Positions 19,372 to 31,778 are shown, counted from the first letter of the stretch. The stretch: 64,000 nucleotides of DNA from Parcubacteria group bacterium (GCA_028286605.1 JAQBRE010000002.1:191720-255719); one strand, 5' to 3'. Notes: generated by a model from the sequence alone, not told the origin. Program-made: numbers and translations.

Positions 19372-19683
19372 ATGCACCTCACCAAAAGCAATATCATACT
19401 CGCCGTCGTCGCAGGTCTCACCCTCATCGCGGCAGTCTATTATTATTTCTTCTATAACAAGGACACCGGCTCGGCAGTCGTTGCGACAGCGCCAGCAAGC
19501 GCTGCTGAACTTGATTTCGTGAATCTGACGGGCCAGATCAGTACGATTTCTTTCGACACGCGCATCTTCTCTGATCCGCGCTTCACGCGCCTCGTTGACA
19601 TACATACGGTCGTCGTACCAGAAACGGCCGGCCGCCGTGACCCATTCGCTCCGCTAACCGGCACTGCTACGACCGGAAAGTAA
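19372..19683 (+). CDS. Small membrane-anchored pilus-associated protein (PilP position)
   Basis: TM plus GRRDPFAP motif; syntenic after pilO. Confidence 0.6.
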   Translation: MHLTKSNIILAVVAGLTLIAAVYYYFFYNKDTGSAVVATAPASAAELDFVNLTGQISTISFDTRIFSDPRFTRLVDIHTVVVPETAGRRDPFAPLTGTATTGK

Positions 19684-19698
19684 TAGTGATTCACATGC

Positions 19699-21459
19699 AT
19701 GAACGTACTTACCATTCTTACGGATGCGGGCGTATTGAAGCCGGAAGACGCGAAAGCGATTGAGGCGGAGGCGCTTGCGAAGCAAACGCCGATAGAAACT
19801 CTTCTTGAGAAGCGTGGCATAACCTCGCAGCAGGTGCTCGCTAAGGAAAGCGAAAAGTATGGAATCCCCATGCGCGTGGTGCCAGCCACGGCGCGCGGCA
19901 GGGAAGCGCTCGATCACATTCCGGAAGAATCTGCGCGCCATTACGGCTTCGTTCCGCTGGCCGTTGCCGACGGTGCGCTCGAGGTTGGTATCGTAGACCC
20001 GGATAATATCGAGGCGCTCGATGCATTGCAGTTCATTTCCAGCCGCGTCGGCCTTCCGTATAAGCTTTTTCTGATTAGCAAGAACGATTTCAATAGAGTG
20101 ATCGAAGAATACGGCAGCCTCTCCGACGAAGTCGGCACGGCGCTTTCTGAACTCGAGCCGGCAGCAGAGGGTACCTTAGGCGAAGGCGGCACGATAGAGA
20201 CCGTCATCAAGGAAGATGCGCCAGTGACTAAGATCGTCGCGACGATTCTGCGCTATGCGGTGGAAGGCGGCGCATCCGATATTCACATCGAGCCAGGTAC
20301 CGACAAGACACACGTACGATTCCGTATGGATGGCGACCTGCACACCTCGCTTGAGCTTCCGGTGAAAGTGCACCCGGCGGTCGTCGCGCGTATCAAGATC
20401 CTTTCGCAGATGCGTCTCGATGAGAAGCGAAAACCGCAGGACGGTCGCTTCTCGGCGCAAGTGGAAGGACGCCGTATCGACTTCCGTGTTTCTACCTTCC
20501 CGACACAAGGCGGTGAGAAAGTCGTTATGCGTATTCTGGACCGCGCGAAGTCCGTCGCGACCATGGAAAGCCTCGGCTTTTCGCCGAAAGATTTTGAAAC
20601 TATAAAGCTCGCGCTTGATCGCCCGTACGGCATCATCCTCATTTCCGGTCCGACGGGTTCTGGTAAATCAACGACGCTCTTCGCCATGCTTTCCTCTATC
20701 GATCGCGAAACGCAGAACGTCGTTACGCTCGAGGATCCGGTGGAGTATGAAGTGCCCGGCGTGTCGCAATCGCAGGTGCATCCGGAAATCGGCTACACCT
20801 TCGCATCAGGCCTCCGTTCCATCCTTCGTCAGGACCCTGACGTGATCATGGTGGGAGAGATTCGCGATAAGGAGACGGCGCAGCTCGCTATTCAGGCTGC
20901 GCTTACAGGCCACCTCGTGTTCTCTACGATTCACACCAATACGGCGGCCGGCGTGATTCCGCGCTTGGTAGATATGGGCGTGGATCCATACCTGATCGCA
21001 CCGACGCTTATCGCTGCAGTGGGTCAGCGCCTCGTGCGCAAGCTGTGCCCCGGTGCCGGCGTACCCACGCCGATGAGTCCAAGCATCAAGCTGCTACTTG
21101 AAAAAGAATTCGCAGATCTGCCCGCTGAATTCCATAAGGATCTGCCCGCATTCGATACTTATTATGAAGCGACCACCACGCCAGATTGTCCGAATGGAAC
21201 GCGTGGCCGTCTTGCGGTGTTTGAAATCCTTCAGATGGACAAGGATCTCGAGAGCGTCGTGCTTAAGGATCCTGTGGAAGAGAAAGTGTATGCAGCTGCG
21301 CGCGCGAAAGGCATGATTACCATGCGCGAGGATGCTATCATGAAAGCACTCGCCGGCCTGATTCCGTTCGAGGAAGTGAATACGCTCGGTGGAACCTTGC
21401 TTGCAGATGATGAGCCTGAAGAAGTCGAGTCAGAACCCGTAGCAGAAGTCGTCGCCTAG
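19699..21459 (+). CDS. pilB: Pilus assembly ATPase PilB/GspE
   Basis: ASDIHIEP, PQDGRF, GPTGSGKST, LEDPVEY, LRQDPDVIMVGEIRD, TGHLVFSTIHTN. Confidence 0.95.
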   Translation: MNVLTILTDAGVLKPEDAKAIEAEALAKQTPIETLLEKRGITSQQVLAKESEKYGIPMRVVPATARGREALDHIPEESARHYGFVPLAVADGALEVGIVDPDNIEALDALQFISSRVGLPYKLFLISKNDFNRVIEEYGSLSDEVGTALSELEPAAEGTLGEGGTIETVIKEDAPVTKIVATILRYAVEGGASDIHIEPGTDKTHVRFRMDGDLHTSLELPVKVHPAVVARIKILSQMRLDEKRKPQDGRFSAQVEGRRIDFRVSTFPTQGGEKVVMRILDRAKSVATMESLGFSPKDFETIKLALDRPYGIILISGPTGSGKSTTLFAMLSSIDRETQNVVTLEDPVEYEVPGVSQSQVHPEIGYTFASGLRSILRQDPDVIMVGEIRDKETAQLAIQAALTGHLVFSTIHTNTAAGVIPRLVDMGVDPYLIAPTLIAAVGQRLVRKLCPGAGVPTPMSPSIKLLLEKEFADLPAEFHKDLPAFDTYYEATTTPDCPNGTRGRLAVFEILQMDKDLESVVLKDPVEEKVYAAARAKGMITMREDAIMKALAGLIPFEEVNTLGGTLLADDEPEEVESEPVAEVVA

Positions 21460-21481
21460 CAAAACCTTTTCATATCTATTT

Positions 21482-21871
21482 ATGTCCGCACTCTATCGCA
21501 TCTATCTCGTTGACGACGACCGCTTCCTGCTCGACATGTATGCAGTGAAATTCAAGGCAGCAGGTCATGAAGTGACTGCATTTCAAGGTGGCACGCTTGT
21601 GCTCGACGCATTGCGTTCAGGCGCTGCGGCACCGGACGCACTGCTTCTTGATATCGTTATGCCAGAGATAGATGGCTTCGGCGTACTTGAGGCAATACGC
21701 AAGGAAAATCTTATCCCGACGACGAAGATCATCGTGCTTTCTAATCAGGGTCAGGAGTCCGATATCGAGCACGCTACGAAGCTTGGCGTCGCGGGCTATA
21801 TTATCAAGGCATCTGCGATACCGTCTGAAGTATTCTCTGAGACGATTCGTATTATAGAAAAGAAAGCATGA
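21482..21871 (+). CDS. Single-domain response regulator
   Basis: LVDDD, LLDIVMP, VLSN, YIIKA receiver motifs. Confidence 0.92.
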   Translation: MSALYRIYLVDDDRFLLDMYAVKFKAAGHEVTAFQGGTLVLDALRSGAAAPDALLLDIVMPEIDGFGVLEAIRKENLIPTTKIIVLSNQGQESDIEHATKLGVAGYIIKASAIPSEVFSETIRIIEKKA

Positions 21872-22935
21872 GCACAGGTACCGCAAAGAAAATAAGTCCG
21901 CTTCTCGACACAGTGATAAGTGAAGGCGGTTCAGACCTGCACCTTTCTGCAGGCGTGCATCCTATCATCCGTGTCTCCGGCTCGCTCGTTCCGTTGCTGC
22001 AGTATCCGGTGCTCACCCAGGAAGACACGATGGAGATGCTCAAGAGCATGGTGCCTACGGAACGGCTCCCTACATTCGAAAGCAATCAGTCCGTGGACTT
22101 TTCGTATTCGCATAACGAACAGTCACGTTTCCGTGTAAACGGCTACGTAGTGCAAGGAAAGGTTGCGATGGCGATGCGTCTCATTCCGCACGAGACCTTC
22201 ACGTTCGCAAACCTGAATCTCCCGCCAATTTTGGAAGTTTTCACGCAGCGCACACAAGGCTTCTTTCTTATTGTTGGACCAGTGGGGCAGGGAAAGTCTA
22301 CGACGATGGCAGCAATCATCGACCGTATCAACGAAACCCGTGCTGAACACATCCTTACGATTGAAGATCCTGTAGAGTATCTCTTCGAGCAGAAGAAGTC
22401 GCTCATCCATCAGCGTGAAGTGCATGTTGATGCGCCGGATTTCGCAAGCGCACTGCAAGCTGCCTTCCGTGAGGACATGAACGTGATCATGGTGGGCGAG
22501 ATGCGCGATCAGGAAACTATCTCTGCTGCGGTTACTGCTGCTGAAACCGGTCACCTTGTTCTTTCGACGCTGCACACCAATAATGCCGCGCAGACCATCG
22601 ACCGTATCATCGACATGTTCCCTTCGACACAGCAGGATCAGGTGCGCGTGCAGCTTGCCGGCTCGCTTGCGGGTATCTTCTCGCAGCGTCTCGTGCCGCG
22701 TATCCAGGGCGGTTTGATTCCTGCGTACGAGCTGCTCATCAACAACAACGCCGTCGCGAATCTTATCCGCGAAGGACGTACGCATGAAATCACGACCGTC
22801 GTGCAGACTAGCTCGCAGGAAGGAATGGTTGATCTTGACCGCTCGCTCGCCGAGCTCGTTCGTCGCGGGGAAGTGACTATAGAACACGCGTATGAACGTT
22901 CACTCGACCCTAAGACCTTCGAACGCTACCTCTAA
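21868..22935 (+). CDS. pilT: Pilus retraction ATPase PilT
   Basis: SDLHL, GPVGQGKST, IEDPVEY, GEMRD, AAETGHLVLSTLHT, NLIRE. Confidence 0.95.
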   Translation: MSTGTAKKISPLLDTVISEGGSDLHLSAGVHPIIRVSGSLVPLLQYPVLTQEDTMEMLKSMVPTERLPTFESNQSVDFSYSHNEQSRFRVNGYVVQGKVAMAMRLIPHETFTFANLNLPPILEVFTQRTQGFFLIVGPVGQGKSTTMAAIIDRINETRAEHILTIEDPVEYLFEQKKSLIHQREVHVDAPDFASALQAAFREDMNVIMVGEMRDQETISAAVTAAETGHLVLSTLHTNNAAQTIDRIIDMFPSTQQDQVRVQLAGSLAGIFSQRLVPRIQGGLIPAYELLINNNAVANLIREGRTHEITTVVQTSSQEGMVDLDRSLAELVRRGEVTIEHAYERSLDPKTFERYL

Positions 22936-22938
22936 TCT

Positions 22939-24147
22939 ATGCTTTTTGCTTACCGCGCCCTTGATGCAGACGGACATGAACGCTCAGGAAGCGTGGAGGC
23001 TCTTTCGCAGGATGTCGCCGTTGCGACGCTTCAGCGCCGCAACCTGATCGTCTCGTCCATTGAGCCGCTCGTTGCCAATAAAGGACTTACGGCGAATCTC
23101 GACCTTTTCAAGCATGTTTCTAACAAAGAGATCGTTATCCTTTCACGTCAGATAGCAACGCTCTTCGAGGCACAGGTTTCTGCGCTTCGCATTTTCCGCC
23201 TGCTCGCTTCAGAAGTCGATAACAAGTATCTCGGAGAAATCATGGGACAGGTCGCGGACGACCTGCAGGGCGGAAGTCCTATTTCAAAGGCGCTTGCGCG
23301 CCACCCGAAGGTCTTCACTCCTTTTTATGTAAACATGGTGCGTTCCGGCGAAGAGTCTGGAAAGCTCTCAGAGACCTTCGGCTATCTGGCTGACTATCTC
23401 GACCGCACCTATGAAGTAATGAGCAAGGCGCAGAATGCGCTCATCTATCCGGCGTTCGTTATCGGCGTGTTCTTCGTCGTGATGGCACTGATGATGACGG
23501 TCGTGATTCCGAAGATCAGTGTGATCCTTCTGGATTCCGGAGAAGCGATACCGATGTACACACAGGTGGTGATTTGGATATCGCAATTCCTTGTGAAATT
23601 CGGCTTTCTTATCATCATCGCTATGATCGTAGGAGCATTCGTTGCGTATCGCATGATGCAGACTGAGCAGGGGAAGCTTTTCTTCGACAGCTTCAAGCTT
23701 GATATCCCCTATGTAGGCGATCTCTATTCGAAGCTTTATCTTTCACGCATCGCGGATAACTTCGCAACGATGCTCGTTTCCGGCGTGCCACCGGTCGAAG
23801 CTGTTGAAATAACGGCATCGGTGGTGGGGAGCAAGACATTCGAGGACTTGCTGCGCGAAGCAGCCGAAGAAGTGAAGGGCGGCGTCCCTATTTCAGACGC
23901 ACTTGGCAAGCATCCGGAAATTCCTGGCATCATGGTTGCCATGATCCGTGTGGGTGAAGAGACCGGAGAGCTCGGTAATATCCTCAATACGCTCGGCAAG
24001 TTCTATCGTCGTGAAGTATCGAACTCAGTCGACACGCTGGTCGGTCTTATCGAGCCTCTCATGATCGTCTTTCTCGGACTTGGTGTCGGTACGTTGCTCG
24101 CATCGGTTATGATTCCGATCTACAACCTCGCTGGCGCGATCAACTAG
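22939..24147 (+). CDS. pilC: Pilus platform protein PilC (T2SSF family)
   Basis: Two T2SSF domains with GEESGKL, ALIYP, GEETGEL and LIEP. Confidence 0.95.
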   Translation: MLFAYRALDADGHERSGSVEALSQDVAVATLQRRNLIVSSIEPLVANKGLTANLDLFKHVSNKEIVILSRQIATLFEAQVSALRIFRLLASEVDNKYLGEIMGQVADDLQGGSPISKALARHPKVFTPFYVNMVRSGEESGKLSETFGYLADYLDRTYEVMSKAQNALIYPAFVIGVFFVVMALMMTVVIPKISVILLDSGEAIPMYTQVVIWISQFLVKFGFLIIIAMIVGAFVAYRMMQTEQGKLFFDSFKLDIPYVGDLYSKLYLSRIADNFATMLVSGVPPVEAVEITASVVGSKTFEDLLREAAEEVKGGVPISDALGKHPEIPGIMVAMIRVGEETGELGNILNTLGKFYRREVSNSVDTLVGLIEPLMIVFLGLGVGTLLASVMIPIYNLAGAIN

Positions 24148-24259
24148 CCCGCACGTTTTATATTCTTATCCACAGAGTAAACCGTTCGTGCGTAATCTTC
24201 ACGTACAATACATGTAGCGGAACATTACTCGTAACCCGCATTACCTTACTTAAAAAAAT

Positions 24260-24760
24260 ATGACATCTGTATCTTCTGCGGCGCGACGTGGTTTCACTCT
24301 CATCGAGCTCCTCGTCGTTATCGCTATCATCGGCATTCTCTCCTCCGTCGTGCTCGCCTCTTTGAATACGGCACGTAACAAGGGAGCGGACGCGGCAGTC
24401 AAGTCGAACCTTGAGCAGGCTCGTACTCAGGGCGAACTCTTCTACGACGCGAACAGCAACAATTACCTCCAAGGTGCGGCAGGATCAGGCAATACTGCTG
24501 ATGCGTGTTCTCCTGCAGGTTCCATTGGAACTTTGACTGGTGTATACAAGTCGGTTCTTGCAGCAGCTCAGGCGGTCGGCATTAGCACCGTGAGCGAAAA
24601 TACGCTTGGTGCTGCTGGTGTTGCAAACTGCAATATCATCACAACAGCATGGGCAGCTTCAGTGCCGCTTAAGTCAACGACTGGTTACTTCTGTGTAGAC
24701 AGCACTGGTGTCGCAACCACAACAGCAACGGCACTCGCTGCCGGACTACAGCACTGTTAA
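24260..24760 (+). CDS. Type IV pilin (probable major pilin)
   Basis: G^FTLIELLVVIAIIGIL; own leader and strong terminator. Confidence 0.92.
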   Translation: MTSVSSAARRGFTLIELLVVIAIIGILSSVVLASLNTARNKGADAAVKSNLEQARTQGELFYDANSNNYLQGAAGSGNTADACSPAGSIGTLTGVYKSVLAAAQAVGISTVSENTLGAAGVANCNIITTAWAASVPLKSTTGYFCVDSTGVATTTATALAAGLQHC

Positions 24761-24780
24761 TCCAGCGTTCTTGTGTGCAA

Positions 24781-24805
24781 CAAAAGGCCCCTTCGGGGCC
24801 TTTTG
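24781..24805 (+). terminator. Intrinsic terminator after the first pilin
   Basis: CAAAAGGCCC-cttcg-GGGCCTTTTG. Confidence 0.85.
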
Positions 24806-24872
24806 TATTTCTATCTTGGACTTGTCCTTGGACGAAAATATTTAAACCGAAATGTCCCGTATACTGAATGGA

Positions 24873-25358
24873 ATGAGCTTTCCCCGGCGCGGCTTCACGC
24901 TCATAGAGCTCCTCGTTGTTGTTGCTATCATTGGTGTTCTTTCTTCTGTCGTTCTTGCGTCGCTCACTACGGCGCGTAACAAGGGAGTGGACGCGGCAGT
25001 CAAGTCAAACCTCGAACAGGCTCGCACACAGGGCGAACTCTTCTATAGCGCGAATAACAATTCGTATGACGGCGGCACCGCACCAACCAGCGTTTGTAAC
25101 CCGCTCGCTTCAGCTGGCGGCCTTATTGGCGCCAACAGATCAATTCTTGCCGCAGCGCAGGCAATCGGTCAGAATACCGTTACTCTTCTTGGTACAGGCG
25201 CCACGTCGGTATGCAATAGCAATGCCGGCGCATGGGTGGCACAGGTGCCGCTCAAGTCTGTGGCTGGTTTTTTCTGTATCGATAGTACTGGTGTAGCAAC
25301 AACTACACTCCTTGCTTCTCCGGGCCTTGTTAGCGGGGCTGGCGATTTCGCTTGCTAA
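24873..25358 (+). CDS. Type IV pilin paralogue 2
   Basis: GFTLIELLVVVAIIG; ATG 7 nt after TATACT. Confidence 0.9.
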   Translation: MSFPRRGFTLIELLVVVAIIGVLSSVVLASLTTARNKGVDAAVKSNLEQARTQGELFYSANNNSYDGGTAPTSVCNPLASAGGLIGANRSILAAAQAIGQNTVTLLGTGATSVCNSNAGAWVAQVPLKSVAGFFCIDSTGVATTTLLASPGLVSGAGDFAC

Positions 25359-25406
25359 TCCACACTGCGTACGATAGTGAAGGAAGTATCACGTATAATA
25401 AAAACA

Positions 25407-25931
25407 ATGCGTTCTCCTCGCCTCGGCTTCACTCTCATCGAGCTCCTCGTCGTTATCGCTATCATCGGCATTCTCTCGAGCATCGTGCTTTCATCGCTTA
25501 ATACAGCGCGCAATAAAGGTAATGATGCAGCGATTAAATCGAATCTTGATCAGGCGCGCACGGGAGCGGAATTATTTTATGATTCAAATAACAATCACTA
25601 TGTGACGGCGGCTGGAGCAGCGACGGATGTGTGCTCTTCAACTGGCACGGCAGGTGGAATAAACAGCATATACAAATCAGTACTTGCTGCTGCACAGGCA
25701 GCTGGTTTGAGTAGCGTGGACACGACCCTTCTAGTCTTATCACCAATTGGTAACGCCGTATGTCACTCATGCTATCCAGGTGAAGCGGGTTCGGATTGCG
25801 GAACAGCCGATCGTTGGGCTGCTCAGGTACCACTAAAGTCCGCCCCCGGAGTTGTGTGGTGCGAGGATTCATCTGGATCGGTAGGTACCAGTACTAATAC
25901 GCTCGCGAGCGGCGATACGCATTGCAACTAA
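25407..25931 (+). CDS. Type IV pilin paralogue 3
   Basis: GFTLIELLVVIAIIG; ATG 7 nt after TATAAT. Confidence 0.9.
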   Translation: MRSPRLGFTLIELLVVIAIIGILSSIVLSSLNTARNKGNDAAIKSNLDQARTGAELFYDSNNNHYVTAAGAATDVCSSTGTAGGINSIYKSVLAAAQAAGLSSVDTTLLVLSPIGNAVCHSCYPGEAGSDCGTADRWAAQVPLKSAPGVVWCEDSSGSVGTSTNTLASGDTHCN

Positions 25932-25934
25932 TTC

Positions 25935-26696
25935 GTGATTGAGTCCTGGTTCATTCTGGCTGCTTTCTTTATACTCGGCGCATTGTGCGCGAGCTTTACC
26001 GGCGTGGTTGCAGAGCGATTGCATACAGGGCAGTCATGGGTGAGCGGACGCTCGCGCTGTAATTCCTGCAGTGCATATCTGGATGGGCGCGATTTAATTC
26101 CGATACTTTCCTGGTTGCTGTGGACGGGGAAGTGTCGACAATGTCGCGCCCGGGTACCGGGCGCATACGCGCTTTCGGAGCTTTCGCTCGCTATTGCGTT
26201 TGCTGCGGCATATCATCTGTTCGGCTTTTCTTTGGTTCTCCCGTTCTTCCTTGTGGCACTTATCGTCCTTCTTTTCATAGTCCTGTACGACTTACGTCAT
26301 ATGATCGTGCCGACCGGAAGCTCGACGTTGCTACTGGTGCTTTCGGTGATCGTTGCGGTGCTCAGAGCGCCTGCCCTGCAGGCGCTCGGCCTCGTATTCC
26401 TGGTCGCCGGCGCCATCGCGATCTTCTTCTTCCTACTGCATGTATGCTCGCGCGGCCGTGCCATGGGATTGGGTGATGCGCCCGTAGCTCTCGCCCTATC
26501 GCTGCTGGTAGGCACGCAGGCGATCGCTGGACTCATGTTTTCATTCTGGGTGGGGGCGTTGTACGGCATCGTCGTATTGAGTACACGGCGCGGAGGGCCT
26601 AGAATGGGTATTGAGGTACCGTTCGTGCCATTCTTGGCTATCGGCTTTCTCCTCGCCCTTTTTACTGCATGGAACCCATTCGCACTCGTCCTCTGA
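25935..26696 (+). CDS. pilD: Prepilin peptidase PilD
   Basis: RSRCNSC, GKCRQC, YDL, MGLGD, PFVPFL. Confidence 0.93.
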   Translation: MIESWFILAAFFILGALCASFTGVVAERLHTGQSWVSGRSRCNSCSAYLDGRDLIPILSWLLWTGKCRQCRARVPGAYALSELSLAIAFAAAYHLFGFSLVLPFFLVALIVLLFIVLYDLRHMIVPTGSSTLLLVLSVIVAVLRAPALQALGLVFLVAGAIAIFFFLLHVCSRGRAMGLGDAPVALALSLLVGTQAIAGLMFSFWVGALYGIVVLSTRRGGPRMGIEVPFVPFLAIGFLLALFTAWNPFALVL

Positions 26697-27349
26697 TAGC
26701 GCGCAGGCTAGACGCTTCGCGCGGCTTCACATTGATCGAGATGCTCGTTACGCTTTCGATACTCGCTATCATTACTGCAGTGGCTGTTACTGGGCAATCC
26801 ACCTTCAATCATTCGATCCTGCTGAATGATACGAGCTATACGATCGCGCTCTCTGCACGCGAAGCGCAATCGCTCGGCCTCTCGAGCCGTAAATTCGCAA
26901 ACGTACAGAACGGCGGGTATGGCGTTGATTTCAAGAGCGCTACGCCTTCAAAATATACTGTCTTCGCTGACATTCAGAGCATCGCCTCAGAACCGGCGTG
27001 GTGTCCGGCCATAGCCACCAGTACTCCGGAAAACAAATCTGGAAACTGCTTATATGACGGGGCGGGGGAGACATTCCAAACGTATGATCTTACGCGCGGG
27101 TATACGATAAGTAATTTCTGCGGAAAGGCGGGAGCAACGCTTACGTGTTCGAGCGGGGGTGGTCTGCAATCTTTGGATGTGCTGTATCTGCGTCCCAATA
27201 CTACAGCAATCATCACAGGCATCACCACGGGGGGTACGGTCCAATTTACTTGCGCACAGATATATGTGAAATCGCCAACAGATACCGCGACGCAGACGGT
27301 GCGAATGTCCTCGCTGGGTGAAGTATCGGTCGGCCAAACTTGTCCATGA
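26669..27349 (+). CDS. Minor pilin (FimT/FimU-like)
   Basis: GFTLIEML; AREAQSLG...YGV motif. Start uncertain. Confidence 0.8.
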   Translation: MEPIRTRPLIARRLDASRGFTLIEMLVTLSILAIITAVAVTGQSTFNHSILLNDTSYTIALSAREAQSLGLSSRKFANVQNGGYGVDFKSATPSKYTVFADIQSIASEPAWCPAIATSTPENKSGNCLYDGAGETFQTYDLTRGYTISNFCGKAGATLTCSSGGGLQSLDVLYLRPNTTAIITGITTGGTVQFTCAQIYVKSPTDTATQTVRMSSLGEVSVGQTCP

Positions 27350-27912
27350 GTATGCGCACTTCACGCCCCGGCTTCACTCTTATTGAAATGATCGTGTCGG
27401 TCGGCCTTTTTGCGATCGTGATGCTGGTCTCGACAGGCGCATATCTCTCGCTCATAAGTCTGGACCGTAAGGCACGTGCGACGAATGACCTCGTGACGAA
27501 TCTTTCATTCGTCATCGACACGATGGAGCGTAGTATGCGCTCGGGATCTAATTTCCAATCCGGTGGAATCGGAGGCACGAACTCACCGCCTACCGGCGAC
27601 ACTAGCCTTGCCTTCGTTAATGATCAGGGTCAGACGGTTACCTATATTTTTGATGCGACGAATCATTCAATTGGGGAGTGCGTTGGTGCTGTAACCTGTA
27701 CATCATCGAATGATCAGACCCTTACGGACCCGCGTGTCATTATTACGAGCATGAAATTCTATGTACGCGGTGTCGGTACCGCTACACCGAATGATATCGT
27801 CCAGCCATGGGCCACCTTCGTGACAACCGGCTCGATTACGCCAGATTCAACGTCGCAACCGATTACGTTCACGATACAAAGTACTGCCTCTGCACGCGCC
27901 CCTGAACTATGA
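27346..27912 (+). CDS. Minor pilin (PilW-like)
   Basis: GFTLIEMIVSV; ATGA overlap with the upstream gene. Confidence 0.8.
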   Translation: MSMRTSRPGFTLIEMIVSVGLFAIVMLVSTGAYLSLISLDRKARATNDLVTNLSFVIDTMERSMRSGSNFQSGGIGGTNSPPTGDTSLAFVNDQGQTVTYIFDATNHSIGECVGAVTCTSSNDQTLTDPRVIITSMKFYVRGVGTATPNDIVQPWATFVTTGSITPDSTSQPITFTIQSTASARAPEL

Positions 27913-28439
27913 TAAAACTACGCACAAAGAAGGGATTTACGCTTGTTGAAACGCTGGTAGCGATTTCGATACTCATGGTTAGTATCGTGGGCCCCATGTA
28001 TAGCGTATTTCAGGCTGTACAGACAACGTACATCGCGCGCGACCAGCTTATTGCAACGGCATTGGCACAGGAGGGGATAGAATACGTGCGTCATCATCGC
28101 GATAATAATTCCCTCTACAACCTCAAGAACCCTGGAAGCCCCGTATCATGGATGAATGGGCTCAGTGCATGTACCGGACAGAATTGTATGGTAGATGTTA
28201 TTGCTTCTGATAGCGTTCCGCCGGTTACATGTAGTGGTACGTGTTCGCCCCTCGACAATGCTACTGTTGCTCCCTTTTATTATAACTATATAAGTGGTAC
28301 GCCAAGCCGCTTTACTCGCACGGTCAGAATCAACACGGTAAGCGCAAATGAAGTAGTCGTAACCTCGACGGTGAGCTGGATTAATTCGAAGATTCCATTT
28401 TCTGTTACCGTTACGGAACACTTGTATAATTGGCTATGA
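27909..28439 (+). CDS. Minor pilin (PilV-like)
   Basis: GFTLVETLVAI...LAQEGIE...FTRTV. Confidence 0.8.
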   Translation: MIKLRTKKGFTLVETLVAISILMVSIVGPMYSVFQAVQTTYIARDQLIATALAQEGIEYVRHHRDNNSLYNLKNPGSPVSWMNGLSACTGQNCMVDVIASDSVPPVTCSGTCSPLDNATVAPFYYNYISGTPSRFTRTVRINTVSANEVVVTSTVSWINSKIPFSVTVTEHLYNWL

Positions 28440-29743
28440 TTTATACCCCCTCATCACCGCGCGGCTTCACGCTCCTTATCGCCGTCATACTTTCAACCGT
28501 CGTCCTTACGGTGGGTCTTTCGCTGCTCGATGTCGCATACAAGCAGACCATTCTTTCTTCCACAGCGAAACAATCGCAGGCGGCGTTTTATAATGCGGAT
28601 TCCGCGCTTGAATGCGCGTTGTATTACGATCAGAAACTCGATGCCTTCGATTTCGCGACGCCTTTAGCTGCTTCATCGCTTACCTGCAGCAGTACGCCCG
28701 TAACGAATTATTCTACGGTTGTAAACCCTGCAATGACAATGCGTACGACCATCTTCACAACCCCGTGCCCAGGGAGCGGCATTTCTGCAACGACGACCAT
28801 ATATAAATATGCAGGCGGTGCAACGAGCTTGTATGCAGACGGCTTTAATACATGTACTGCGACTGATCCACGTCGTGTCGAGCGCGGTTTGAAGGCTACC
28901 TATGGTGACCCTTCGGCTCCGGTTATTCCTTCAGGCCCTTCGCTTACGTATTTGATAGTTGCAGGCGGCGGCGGCGGCGCTGCCTGGGCAGGTGGCGGTG
29001 GCGGTGGCGGTGGCGTTATAACCGGAAGCGCAGCAGCGACATCAGGAAGCTATTCGATAGTGGTTGGCAGTGGAGGCGCTTCGGGCTTTACTGGTAGCCC
29101 CACACCTTCTGATTATCAAGGAAAGAATGGAACTAATTCTTCGTTCAATGGAATGAGCGCGATAGGCGGTGGCGGTGGCGGCGCGTCTACGCCGGTTGCA
29201 GCGCCTGGCAGTGCCGGAGGTTCGGGCGGTGGCGCTGGATACCCTAGTTCAGGAACAAATGCCGGAGGCGCAGGTACGGCAGGTCAGGGAAATAGCGGTG
29301 CTTCTGAAGCATCTGTACCGGGAACTTGGGCAGGCGGCGGCGGCGGTGCGAGCGCTGCAGGTACTTCAGGAAGTGCCGCAGCAGCGGGTGCAGGTGGCGC
29401 AGGACTGAGCAGTGCTATAAGCGGTTCGTCAGTTGTGTACGGTTCAGGCGGCGGTGGTGGCGACTGGACCGCGACGGCATTTGGTCCGGGCGGATCTGGC
29501 GCAGGAAGCGGTGGCGGCATAGGAAATCCAGCTCTCGCCAATAGAGGCGGTGGCGGTGGCGGTGGCGGTTTCTTCCCCGGCCCCGGCGGAGAACCAGGAG
29601 GCGTGGGTGGATCTGGTGTCGTAATAATTAGTATTCCTACGTCTTCGGCTGCGGGTATTACTACGACGGGCGCCACGCTCACCACTTCTGGCGGCAACAA
29701 TATATATACATTCACCGGAAACGGCACGTTCGTTGTACCGTAA
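28436..29743 (+). CDS. PilX-like minor pilin fused to a C-terminal glycine-rich domain
   Basis: GFTLLIAV (no Glu5), AFYNADSALECALY, then YLIVAGGGGG...GGSGVVIISIP. Confidence 0.8.
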   Translation: MIYTPSSPRGFTLLIAVILSTVVLTVGLSLLDVAYKQTILSSTAKQSQAAFYNADSALECALYYDQKLDAFDFATPLAASSLTCSSTPVTNYSTVVNPAMTMRTTIFTTPCPGSGISATTTIYKYAGGATSLYADGFNTCTATDPRRVERGLKATYGDPSAPVIPSGPSLTYLIVAGGGGGAAWAGGGGGGGGVITGSAAATSGSYSIVVGSGGASGFTGSPTPSDYQGKNGTNSSFNGMSAIGGGGGGASTPVAAPGSAGGSGGGAGYPSSGTNAGGAGTAGQGNSGASEASVPGTWAGGGGGASAAGTSGSAAAAGAGGAGLSSAISGSSVVYGSGGGGGDWTATAFGPGGSGAGSGGGIGNPALANRGGGGGGGGFFPGPGGEPGGVGGSGVVIISIPTSSAAGITTTGATLTTSGGNNIYTFTGNGTFVVP

Positions 29744-29753
29744 TTTCCTGTAG

Positions 29754-31778
<2,025 letters not shown>

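Noticed and set aside
28960-29620. GGC/GGT-rich tandem repeats and the antisense proline-rich ORF 29284-29727
   Set aside because: Explained by glycine codons of the PilX C-terminal domain.
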